DNA of 62,833 nt from a virus (Duplodnaviria > Caudoviricetes), in the IMG/VR virus record IMGVR_UViG_3300033144_005983, positions 1 through 62,833 of that record; one strand, 5' to 3'. Positions 46,816-55,543 of this stretch are shown one piece after another. Both the position numbers and the translations under genes were made by a program. The notes under the pieces were generated by a model, which was not told the DNA's origin, ran no database searches, and worked only from the letters and a program-made list of their open reading frames with translations. Each line of letters opens with the position of its first letter. Positions within the stretch are counted from its first letter, which is position 1.

Positions 46816-47024
46816 AAACTATCGGTTTTAAAATTGTGTGAATCAATAAAATATCCATGAAGATCTTCAAATTCTTCTTGCGATATACTCAATACTCCTG
46901 TTTGATCAGGAAGTTTAGGACTTGAATGCTTAACTGCTTGTTTAGCAGTACCACATCCAATTCCAATAAACATTAGGATGACAACTATCTTAGTCATTAC
47001 TTCTACAATCTTCACTGTAGGCAC
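46812..47024 (-). CDS. Small lipoprotein-like protein
   Basis: Hydrophobic signal ending IGIGC; the true start may be the downstream Met (MTKIVV). Confidence 0.55.
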   Translation of the reverse strand: MPTVKIVEVMTKIVVILMFIGIGCGTAKQAVKHSSPKLPDQTGVLSISQEEFEDLHGYFIDSHNFKTDSL

Positions 47025-47241
47025 AAGCCATACATATGTGCATAAATAAAAGAATAAAAGATAGACCGCACCAAACTCCAGCTAATCCCTGAATTTCATG
47101 CATATATTCCCATCCAAATAAAAAACCTATTATAATAGCTAGTAGTTTACCAACTATAACAACAGAAAATGGTGTGCTTAATAAAATAAGCGATACTTTA
47201 AAGACTTCATTGAAGTCACGGTTTTTGCTATATCTAGCCAT
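46990..47241 (-). CDS. Two-TM membrane protein
   Basis: Two hydrophobic segments. Confidence 0.65.
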   Translation of the reverse strand: MARYSKNRDFNEVFKVSLILLSTPFSVVIVGKLLAIIIGFLFGWEYMHEIQGLAGVWCGLSFILLFMHICMACAYSEDCRSND

Positions 47242-47274
47242 GTGTGTGTGATTTAAAGATTAAAAATTAAAAAA

Positions 47275-47526
47275 TTAATACATTACTATACCATTAATAG
47301 TTATTTCAACTGGACCTTTAATGCCCAATCTAGTTTTATTTTGGTATACATATTTACCCACAATTAATTTAGCGTACACGGGGTTATTTGCACATTTAAC
47401 ATATTCAGTCTCATTATCAAGACTAGGATTCCATCCAAACTTTTTCCCATTTGCATCAGTAATTGTTGCAAAATCAGGATACACGTCAAGACCAAACCCT
47501 TTCACTTTACTTTGTCCAAATTGCAT
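47275..47526 (-). CDS. Hypothetical protein
   Basis: 83-aa ORF preceded by the shared leader motif. Confidence 0.7.
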   Translation of the reverse strand: MQFGQSKVKGFGLDVYPDFATITDANGKKFGWNPSLDNETEYVKCANNPVYAKLIVGKYVYQNKTRLGIKGPVEITINGIVMY

Positions 47527-48134
47527 GATTAAAAAATTTAAAGATTAAAAATTAAGAAAATATAAAAGACAAAGAATATAAGGGACTATTGCCCTCATAC
47601 CTTTGTAATTGCTGTTTTAATACATTAACAGGATTACATTGCGATTGTTTTCTGTTAATATTACAAATAAGCACAGCAAAATCGACAGTATTCTAATAGA
47701 ACACTGACCAACAAAAAAACATTTGTTGTCTGCTTACTCACTCTCATAGTTACGACTTGTGGTTTCCCTTCGTGTGACTGACATGGTATTTGTCCCGCTA
47801 AAGATTGCTCTTATAATAGCATCGAGTCATCGCATCATTATAATCTCTTATAATCCGCTCGTCTGGGTGTAATGATATAATGTACACTATATCAATACTA
47901 ACTTTCCCTCACACACTAGTCCTTTGGCCCGTTGGGTCTTGAGATGGTAACAAACTCGAGATTCTTTCGTATCGACTTCGCTTGTGCTAATTGTAACATG
48001 TGCTATAATATATAACACATATGCCTATTGGTTATAGGACTTTATTATTATTACAATGGAGTGCTTTACTCACCACGCATTTATCTCCAACCCTTGGTGT
48101 AGGGCTTCAAAGTAATAATTATATTTTGATTGAT

Positions 48135-48338
48135 TTAAGGTTCAATCACTCCCACTTGATGGACATCTTCGTATGGTTCATCTCGTGCAATCCCACCATA
48201 TTTAGCGTAGACAGAGTCTCCGATAATATAGTATTCTGCATAAGACTGACAACAATCGCCACCACAGTCCCATTGCCAATCATAACTGCTATATTCACAA
48301 TAGCGTTCTGCTTCTTCATAAGATTTGAATTTTTCCAT
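48135..48338 (-). CDS. Small acidic Cys-rich protein
   Basis: YCE..WDCGGDCCQS; A-rich leader. Confidence 0.6.
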   Translation of the reverse strand: MEKFKSYEEAERYCEYSSYDWQWDCGGDCCQSYAEYYIIGDSVYAKYGGIARDEPYEDVHQVGVIEP

Positions 48339-48394
48339 AATAATACATTTAGTTAATAATTAGTTATTATTAAATGTAATGAAGAAGGTATCTT

Positions 48395-48543
48395 AAGAGC
48401 ACCGTGCCAGAACGTCATAAATTCATGGTAAAAACCACACATCATCTGTTCCTTAAATTGCACGTCTTGCTTGGCTCTCGTTATTTTAAAGAGCACCAGG
48501 CACAAGTATTTCTACTTGCGTTATTCCTGTCTTGCTTGGCTCT
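48395..48543 (-). repeat. Tandem pair of stem/internal-loop elements with variable inserts
   Basis: Plus-strand AAGAGCACC...GTCTTGCTTGGCTCT at 48395-48478 and 48489-48543; inner stem differs but keeps pairing. Confidence 0.8.
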
Positions 48544-48743
48544 AATTTTTTAAGGAACGATTCTGTTATCATTTATGATTTACTTTATCTAACAGAGTGA
48601 GCTCTTACTGATACTCCATCTCCTGCGCATACATCACCATGCGATACCTAATTTAGGTTAATAAATGTTTACTATCAGTTCCTTATTCTAATGTATGCTT
48701 ACGCATCATTAAATATGTCTACAACTTTACTGATAGTTGTCAT

Positions 48744-48793
48744 CGCTAGTAGCTTACTAGATAGTTATGTGGTTAATGAAAACATAACAATAC
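48744..48793. repeat. 50-nt double-hairpin motif, copy 2
   Basis: Ungapped homologue of 46289-46338. Confidence 0.85.
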
Positions 48794-48997
48794 ATATCTT
48801 TCACCGTTTTTAGTTTAACGCCAAAGACGATGTCTGGAAAAATGCGTTAGTTGCGGGATAACAGCTATAGGTAATTACTCCTACACCACTCTACTTCTAT
48901 AGTTGCAACTATGAGTAGTTAATATCCCCAGAGACTCAATGGAAGCTCCTTTGCAGGTCCATGAGACAATTAAATATATCTTTGAGATAAACAAAGA

Positions 48998-49162
48998 CTA
49001 AATATTAAAGTCTTTGTCATCTACTTTCATGCTATGATTTGGTTGAATAGGACTAGCATCTATCCTATGAATAAACTTAAGCCTTGCCAACTGCTCTTCA
49101 AGCTCTTTAACTTTGGCAATTTGCTCCTTAAGTAAATTCTTTACTATAATTAATTCAGTCAT
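48998..49162 (-). CDS. 54-aa coiled-coil protein
   Basis: MTELIIVKNLLKEQIAKVKELEEQLARLK...; too short for the ORF track. Confidence 0.55.
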   Translation of the reverse strand: MTELIIVKNLLKEQIAKVKELEEQLARLKFIHRIDASPIQPNHSMKVDDKDFNI

Positions 49163-49782
49163 CTTTACAAGGTTTAGTTAATAGATATGAATAAAAGTTT
49201 TACCTATGCGTCATACCAAACATGACTGCAGACCATGCGCTTATTACCACGCTGATACTTACATAGGATTACAGATACTATTGCTGCTCAATATCGACGA
49301 CTCCTTTGGTGAAAGCCAAGGTCAATAAAGTTCACAATAATTGTGCACTCAAATATGCTATGGATTTACTGACTAACTCAATGTTAGCCATAACCATGCA
49401 TACGGCACTCCTGGTTCGTCCTCTGTTAAGGAAGAACTATATTGTAATGTTCTAATCATTACTACTATGTAATGTTAGGCTTATCTTCAGATCCAATAAG
49501 ACTTTGTGCTATAATATAAGTATGTTATGAAAACATAAAGGTAGGAATTATAGCGATAAAGTGATGAATATGTACTGGAATACACATTCAAACACTTTTA
49601 TAAATTTCAGACTAAAAAAAGCAATAGTTTTTTTAATTCAGCTACGAGATTCAACTCGGTAAAGTAAAAAACAGTCTGTAAAGAACAACAATAATCTTCC
49701 AAGGAAGATAAAAACACGTTTTACCCTGTAACGTGTAAGGAAGGCAGTTTGCGACATACCTAGGTCAAGCAGTAGTAGTCTA

Positions 49783-50097
49783 CTAGCCAGTGACAGGCTC
49801 CACGCTGTGCATGAAGGGTTTCCCTGTCTCTTTGTCCACGAGCTTCTCAATGAGAGCACCGAACTTGAAATCTCCCTTCAAGGTAGAACCTTGCTTGAAG
49901 TATTTCTGATTAGGCACGACATCACCGTTAATCTCTTCAGTACCATAAGCCTGTAAAAGACCGATACCATCAGAAGATTGACCAATGAAGCCAATGCCGT
50001 CTTCTAGTTCGTGAAGAACAACTGAAGCTAGCGTTAACCAAACTTTGCCATTCTCACTCACGGACGACTTGATTATTTTCGGATTTGTTACAATCAT
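49783..50097 (-). CDS. First gene of the minus-strand early block, hypothetical (start re-called at MIVTN)
   Basis: 104-aa ORF, visibly more GC-rich than neighbours. Confidence 0.7.
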   Translation of the reverse strand: MIVTNPKIIKSSVSENGKVWLTLASVVLHELEDGIGFIGQSSDGIGLLQAYGTEEINGDVVPNQKYFKQGSTLKGDFKFGALIEKLVDKETGKPFMHSVEPVTG

Positions 50098-50508
50098 GTG
50101 AAAACAATTTTCTGCAAAAAGGTGCAGTACCACGGGAAGTATTCCCCTGACCATCACGTACCCACATTATAGGGGGTACCAACGGCTCAACTACAATTGG
50201 GGATGACTTGATGGAGAGACCCTTACAAACTCGAAAATATAAACAAAAATTTTTTTTTGGAATTTTTTATACTTAAATTGCAAAACTGATTAGAGAGAGA
50301 AACTAACACAACATATCAGGACACCCTACCAAGAAAACAAAATGGTTAAATGAAGTAGGGCTGCTACGCCATCATCTATTATTACTACTTAATAAAAACT
50401 TATGGAGTTCTTCACGTACTGAAGTTTCAAATGGGAATTCAAAATCACATGCGGGGGGGATAAGGTGATCTATCTACGAATGTAACTATAATTAAGGTTA
50501 TATAATGT

Positions 50509-50539
50509 TTTGTATTATGCTCTAAAGTGAGTAAGTTTA
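50509..50539 (+). promoter_or_regulatory. Possible Bacteroidota-type sigma promoter for late genes
   Basis: TTTG-19 nt-TAAGTTTA versus consensus TTTG-(19-21)-TAnnTTTG; one mismatch; AT-rich background. Confidence 0.35.
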
Positions 50540-50560
50540 CAGAAACCTATCATTAATATA

Positions 50561-50929
50561 ATGAAGAGAGAAAAAAAAGAAAAAGTTCCAAGGAGTAAGT
50601 TCTATCACAAGTATCTTCAGATGATCAATGTCATACTCCCTGAACCTTTAACTTCTAAAGAGATAGAGATTCTATCTGCCTTTATGGAACTAAAAGGAGA
50701 TCTAATTGAAGAAGATAGATTCGGTACCCAATGTAGGAAGTATATAAGGGATAAGTTTAAGTTCAAGTCTTATTCGAACTTAGATAATTATATAAAGTAT
50801 ATGAAACAGAAAGGAGTTCTATTAAAGGACGAAGACACTGGAAAGCTTTATATAAATAAGAGAATAGAAATACCAAAAGATACAAAGGATATTGAATTGG
50901 TATTTAAATTTCAACTAGTTGATGGGTAA
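50561..50929 (+). CDS. Putative winged-helix DNA-binding protein
   Basis: LTSKEIEILSAFM..NLDNYIKYMKQKGVL. Confidence 0.65.
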   Translation: MKREKKEKVPRSKFYHKYLQMINVILPEPLTSKEIEILSAFMELKGDLIEEDRFGTQCRKYIRDKFKFKSYSNLDNYIKYMKQKGVLLKDEDTGKLYINKRIEIPKDTKDIELVFKFQLVDG

Positions 50930-51302
50930 GATAGAAGATATCGCAAAACAACTTTCTAAAGAAACAGGAATAAGCTTCTTAACAGTAGAGAGTGTTGTAA
51001 GACATCAATTTGGATTTGTTAAAAGAAGAATGGAAGACAATGACTTGAACTCTATTAAGATTCATGGCCTTGGAACATTTGAAGTAAAGCTAGAAAGATT
51101 AAACTCTTTAATAAGGAATCTTATAAAAGGTTTCAGAAAAAATCCTAACTTGTACAGCGAAACAGCTAAAGAAGAGCTGGCAAGGCTATGGGAGATACGG
51201 AATAGGAAAGTTAATGAGAAACTAGAATATAAAAAGAAGAATGAACACTTCACACGAATTCAAAGTAGTAACAGACCTGTACGAGGAAGACAAAGAAGGT
51301 GA
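50922..51302 (+). CDS. HU/IHF-like DNA-binding protein
   Basis: IAKQLSKETGIS..VESVV..IKIHGLGTFEVK; IHF homologues are typical of crAss-like capsid modules. Confidence 0.8.
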   Translation: MGKIEDIAKQLSKETGISFLTVESVVRHQFGFVKRRMEDNDLNSIKIHGLGTFEVKLERLNSLIRNLIKGFRKNPNLYSETAKEELARLWEIRNRKVNEKLEYKKKNEHFTRIQSSNRPVRGRQRR

Positions 51303-51543
51303 AGAACAACTCGTGAAGAAGAATATAGTTACAAGATGGTTATGTGACGACATCTCAAGTGTAGAGATAGAGCAGCATTTTGATGATAGAGGAAGAATAA
51401 AGAAAGGGCATTGTAGAATACATCATAAGACAAGGCCTATAACATTAGTGGTTAAAGACGACTATTATAAGCTTAAGAGATTAAAGCAGAGAATAGTGAA
51501 TGAAAAAAGTATAATAGGTTTTAAATCTAAAGGTAATGGCTAA
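51241..51543 (+). CDS. Hypothetical protein
   Basis: 100-aa ORF ending IIGFK. Confidence 0.7.
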   Translation: MNTSHEFKVVTDLYEEDKEGEEQLVKKNIVTRWLCDDISSVEIEQHFDDRGRIKKGHCRIHHKTRPITLVVKDDYYKLKRLKQRIVNEKSIIGFKSKGNG

Positions 51544-51784
51544 AAAGAAAATAAGCGCAAAAACAAAGGCAGCCCGTAAGAAACCAGGAGGTTCTAATGC
51601 AGGTAAGTATAAAGGAGTTAAGTCTTTTTGTGGGCCCGCAGGTGGAGCACCCGCTGGTTCATTCCCAACTAATACTTTAGCAAGAGCTAAGTCAGCTCTT
51701 AAGCTAGCACATAATGCACCTAACCCAGGAAAACTTAAAGCTTGTGTATATAGAAAATATCCCCAATTGAAAAAGGGAAAATAG
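51536..51784 (+). CDS. Small basic protein
   Basis: Lys/Ala/Gly-rich; FCGPAGG..FPTNT..RAKSAL..AHNAPNP. Confidence 0.75.
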   Translation: MAKKKISAKTKAARKKPGGSNAGKYKGVKSFCGPAGGAPAGSFPTNTLARAKSALKLAHNAPNPGKLKACVYRKYPQLKKGK

Positions 51785-51975
51785 TGTATTTGGAAAAGTT
51801 AATTAAAAAATTGCAAAAAGCACCAAGTATGACTCAAGGTGATAGACAGAATGTTGCAATCAATATTGCAATATGCGAGATGCAGATAAAAATAAGAGAT
51901 AAATGGGTAAAGAGGAAGAAGTAAAACCAGTAACAGTAGAGACACAAGTATTAGGAACCATAAGATTATTATAAT

Positions 51976-52986
51976 ATGCCAAAATTAGGATTATCATTAG
52001 GAGCACCTACATCAAGAGTAATCGGAATTCCTTGTGACCCATTATTTCCTCTTGACTTACACCCTAATGCATTGGGTGGTTTTTCTTTACGGAAGTTAAG
52101 AAGTGCTTATACAGGTAGTGCAATACGAATACGTAGAGGTACATTAGGACAAATGGAAGAAGTAAATGTAGCATTTGACGGAAATAATGAGGTAAGTATG
52201 GATTCTACTATAACTGCAGTAGTAGGTACTACTTTGGCAACCAATCTAGGAGAATTTGTTGGGGCTCCAACATATACAAATCCTGATGCCTTACCTGCTC
52301 AAGCTAATGCTTACATTCATACTTGGTATGACCAAAGTGGTAATGGTTTTGAGTTGCAACAAACTGTAACTGGAAGACAACCTATAATTATTAAATTAGC
52401 AGAGTTTTTCGTTGTAAATGGAAGAAAATGCATATACTTTGATGGGAGTGATGATACATTAACAGAGTGGGATTTGTTTAATTTAGAAGCCACATCTACT
52501 AATATAGTTCACTATTCAGTTCAATATATAGAAGATGAAAAATTTGTTTTTGCAAGAGGAGGACATGGAGGAGATTATTATGGAACGGGACAATATGCCA
52601 ACACCACTACGGGAAGTTATGGAACTTCTCCAGGCACTTCGCCTCCTAATGATTGGTATGTAAATGGGGTTGCATTACCAAAAACTTTACCTGCTGGTGG
52701 GCCATTTACTAATGTAGATAGAGATAGCGTTTTTTATGCTTTGTCTAATTTTGGAGGAAGCGTACCTCCTGCATCAGCAGGACAAACACTATGTACCTTT
52801 ACTGGAATAGATTTCATTTCATGGTCATACCCATCGCCTGGCAATGCAGAATATGAGTTGTGGTCTTATGGGGGAGGATATATAGTTAAAGGAAAACTTC
52901 AAGAACTTATTCTTTATAATGCTCCCAATCATCCAACACAAACAGATATAGAAAAGGACTTAAATTGTTATTATTCTGTTTATTAA
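51976..52986 (+). CDS. Putative virion carbohydrate-binding/decoration protein (ConA/LamG-like)
   Basis: FSLRKLRSAYTGSAIRIRR, TWYDQSGNG, YFDGSDD, GKLQELILY. Confidence 0.7.
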   Translation: MPKLGLSLGAPTSRVIGIPCDPLFPLDLHPNALGGFSLRKLRSAYTGSAIRIRRGTLGQMEEVNVAFDGNNEVSMDSTITAVVGTTLATNLGEFVGAPTYTNPDALPAQANAYIHTWYDQSGNGFELQQTVTGRQPIIIKLAEFFVVNGRKCIYFDGSDDTLTEWDLFNLEATSTNIVHYSVQYIEDEKFVFARGGHGGDYYGTGQYANTTTGSYGTSPGTSPPNDWYVNGVALPKTLPAGGPFTNVDRDSVFYALSNFGGSVPPASAGQTLCTFTGIDFISWSYPSPGNAEYELWSYGGGYIVKGKLQELILYNAPNHPTQTDIEKDLNCYYSVY

Positions 52987-52995
52987 TAACTAATA

Positions 52996-53175
52996 ATGGA
53001 AAGATATATGACAACAGAAGAGATAAAACAGTTAGCACAAAAGTATCATACTCCTGGAGAGCACATTAAGAAAAACTGGCATCCAGAGTATATAAAGGAA
53101 TGCGAAAAGATAAATAGAAAACATCTTGAAGCACAAATAATGAAGAAATATGAGAGAGTTAAAAGATTTGTATGA
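52996..53175 (+). CDS. 59-aa hypothetical protein
   Basis: MERYMTTEEIKQLAQKYH..WHPEY..EC; fills the intergenic gap. Confidence 0.55.
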   Translation: MERYMTTEEIKQLAQKYHTPGEHIKKNWHPEYIKECEKINRKHLEAQIMKKYERVKRFV

Positions 53176-53239
53176 AAAAAATATTGTATCTTTTGCATAG
53201 AATTACTATGCATTTATTTATTAACTAAAATTAACTATT

Positions 53240-53389
53240 ATGCCATTTGTAAGATTTTTAAAATATATAAAGAATAGATCTCAAGGATTTCCTAAAGGAG
53301 GAAGCACTGTGCGTACAAGCGCACCCAAAGCAAAAAAAGGTAAAGCTCCTTCAAAGAAAAGTTTGAAAGGACCTGCTTTAAATGGATAA
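53240..53389 (+). CDS. 49-aa basic protein
   Basis: MPFVRFLKYIKNRSQG...; A-rich leader. Confidence 0.5.
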   Translation: MPFVRFLKYIKNRSQGFPKGGSTVRTSAPKAKKGKAPSKKSLKGPALNG

Positions 53390-53395
53390 ACCATT

Positions 53396-53797
53396 ATGGG
53401 ATGTGGGTGTAAAAAAGGTAAAGCGAAAAGTATAGTAGCTAGTGCCAAAAAAATTAAAGAGACTGCTTCTCAAATACTTAAGGGGTGGTCTATTTATGCT
53501 AAAGGCAACGCAAATGCTAATCTTCAGGCAATAGCAGATTATCGTGCAGAAATATGTACAGGATGCCCTGAATTAAAAGCATCAAGTTTTTGGAAGTTCA
53601 TGACGACCCAAGTTTTGAAACACGGAAACCTTGAAGTAAATCAAATAAAGAAAGAAGTAGGAGAAAATCAAGACTGGGATCTGGCAGGTTACAAATGTAA
53701 CAAATGTGGATGTGCTTTTCCTGCTGCACTTTATGTAGAAGAAAAAGAATGTCCTTTAGGAAAATGGGAAAAAAAAGAAACAAATGAATCTCTTTGA
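53396..53797 (+). CDS. Cys-rich Zn-binding protein
   Basis: R..ICTGCP, CNKCGC, CPLGKW. Confidence 0.75.
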   Translation: MGCGCKKGKAKSIVASAKKIKETASQILKGWSIYAKGNANANLQAIADYRAEICTGCPELKASSFWKFMTTQVLKHGNLEVNQIKKEVGENQDWDLAGYKCNKCGCAFPAALYVEEKECPLGKWEKKETNESL

Positions 53798-54329
53798 TCT
53801 TAAAGATAGAAAAGTAATTGTATCGACAGAAGCACTTCTTATTCCTGAATTCAAAGAATTATGGAGTAGAGATAAAACAAAAGATAAAGAAAAAGCAATA
53901 AAAGAACTTTCTTATATTTACTTTTCTACAGACTTTAAATCACCATATGTACAAAGCGCAGATATAGGTTTTGCAGCAAGGGTAGTAGCTAAAGACTTCA
54001 TGAAAGATCCGAAGTACAAACCCGATAAAAGTATAGAAGAGGCTATAGATAAATATATAGAATTACAAGAAACACCGTCTATGAGGTTACTTAAAGCTTC
54101 ATTAAAAACTATAAGTAACTTGACAAATTACTTAGAAACTGTTAACTTGCATGAGCGAGATAAAAATGACAGGCCTATTTATAAACCAAATGATGTGACA
54201 TCAGCATTAAAAGCAATAGGTCCTGTGATAGAATCCCTTAATAAAGTTAAAGAACAAGTGGAACGTGAAGTAGCTCAATTAGCTACATTGCGTGGACAAA
54301 GAATTAAAGGAAATAGAGAAGACCCTTAA
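53784..54329 (+). CDS. Conserved crAss-like protein upstream of terminase (possible small terminase subunit)
   Basis: LLIPEFKELW.RDK.KDKEKA.KEL.YIYF..D..SPY; helical; function inferred from position only. Confidence 0.6.
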   Translation: MNLFDLKDRKVIVSTEALLIPEFKELWSRDKTKDKEKAIKELSYIYFSTDFKSPYVQSADIGFAARVVAKDFMKDPKYKPDKSIEEAIDKYIELQETPSMRLLKASLKTISNLTNYLETVNLHERDKNDRPIYKPNDVTSALKAIGPVIESLNKVKEQVEREVAQLATLRGQRIKGNREDP

Positions 54330-54330
54330 A

Positions 54331-54564
54331 ATGGAACAAGTAAAAATAGATATAAAATTCCTAGTCACCATTGGTGCTATAGTTGCATCACTTGGTGGTT
54401 TCTACTTTACAACATCTATGCGAATAGATCAATTGGAGGAAAAGGTAGGCCAATTAGAAAAGAATAATGAAGCTATTATTCGGTTAGAAGAAAGATTAAA
54501 AAACGTTCAAACAAAAACAGATGAAATATACGCACATATTATGGATTTTATTAGCGATAAGTAG
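54331..54564 (+). CDS. TM + coiled-coil protein (holin or i-spanin candidate)
   Basis: One N-terminal TM segment then a heptad repeat; upstream of the amidase; ATG start at 54331 preferred. Confidence 0.6.
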   Translation: MEQVKIDIKFLVTIGAIVASLGGFYFTTSMRIDQLEEKVGQLEKNNEAIIRLEERLKNVQTKTDEIYAHIMDFISDK

Positions 54565-54748
54565 TTGTACTTATTTCCAAGGAGAAGGCAGTCAAACAAT
54601 TGATAGTCTTAAAACAGATAGTATAAAAATAGATACTACAAAAGTGGATACACCAGAAGTGGATTCTAGAACAGAGGTCCTTGACACTTTAAAAAAAAAG
54701 ACTGCGAGCATTCACTACACAATCAAGTGCGTAGCGTACAGGAGCTAG
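54521..54748 (+). CDS. Lipoprotein (o-spanin candidate); probable -1 frameshift extension to 54870
   Basis: Lipobox-like AISSC; in-frame A_AAA_AAG at 54694-54700. Confidence 0.65.
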   Translation: MKYTHILWILLAISSCTYFQGEGSQTIDSLKTDSIKIDTTKVDTPEVDSRTEVLDTLKKKTASIHYTIKCVAYRS

Positions 54749-54883
54749 AGAACAAGTTAGACAGACTTAAAACCAAATTAGAAGAGCGTAAAAAACGCAA
54801 AGCTGATAGACAAAAAAGAAGAAAGCAAAGTGCTGAAACTTATAATAAAGGGAATAAAGAAAGTTATTAAAAACTACATAGTT

Positions 54884-55543
54884 ATGGATATGGATCTTAA
54901 AATAGAAGATAAATCTAAAAATGACTCAAAATATCTTTGGTTATTAGATCCTGGACATGGCGGTATGATCGACGGGCAATACCAAACAGCAGGAAAAAGA
55001 TCACCTAAATTTGCAGATGGAACTGTATTATATGAAGGAGAACTTAACAGAGCTATTGTACAAAGAATTGATAGTGCATGTAATGCAGCAGGTATAGATT
55101 CAATAGTACTTGTTCCTGAAGAAGAAGATATTTCTTTAAAGGAAAGAGTGCGACGTGCTAATGATTTTTATAAAGTTGATAAAAGAGCGGTCTATCTAAG
55201 TGTTCACGCAAATGCCTTTGGTAATGATTGGAATCAAGCTCATGGATGGTCCTGTTATACTTCAAAAGGAGAGACACGATCAGACCAAATAGCTACTATA
55301 TTTTATAGAATGATGGCAGCTGAATTTCCAGAAGAGAGAATGCGTAAAGACAATACAGATAATGATCCTGATAAGGAAGCAGACTTTTACGTTTTAAAGA
55401 AAACAGCTATGCCTGCCGTGTTAACTGAGAATTTTTTTATGACAAATAGTACAGAAGCATTAATGCTGCTAAATGAAAATATAAGAGATAGAATAGCAGA
55501 TGCACATATGGATGCGATATACTATTTAAGTAAAGTAATTTAA
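54884..55543 (+). CDS. N-acetylmuramoyl-L-alanine amidase (Amidase_3 endolysin)
   Basis: LDPGHGG, E..LN, SL.ERV..AN, LSVHANA, FYVLK.T.MPAVLTENFFM. Confidence 0.93.
   Translation: MDMDLKIEDKSKNDSKYLWLLDPGHGGMIDGQYQTAGKRSPKFADGTVLYEGELNRAIVQRIDSACNAAGIDSIVLVPEEEDISLKERVRRANDFYKVDKRAVYLSVHANAFGNDWNQAHGWSCYTSKGETRSDQIATIFYRMMAAEFPEERMRKDNTDNDPDKEADFYVLKKTAMPAVLTENFFMTNSTEALMLLNENIRDRIADAHMDAIYYLSKVI

Noticed and set aside
48021-48356. 111-aa plus-strand ORF
   Set aside because: Antisense to the 48135-48338 ORF in a block where all credible genes are on the minus strand
48395-48543. CRISPR mini-array
   Set aside because: Only two units, the constant parts pair around the insert, insert lengths differ widely, and no cas genes are in the window
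47560-49780. Hammerhead or other known small ribozymes in the non-coding island
   Set aside because: No CUGAnGA...GAAA core or other clear consensus found by eye; a covariance search is needed
54292-54883. GTG starts at 54292 and 54830 given by the ORF track
   Set aside because: They overlap upstream coding frames; ATGs at 54331 and 54884 with A-rich leaders fit better
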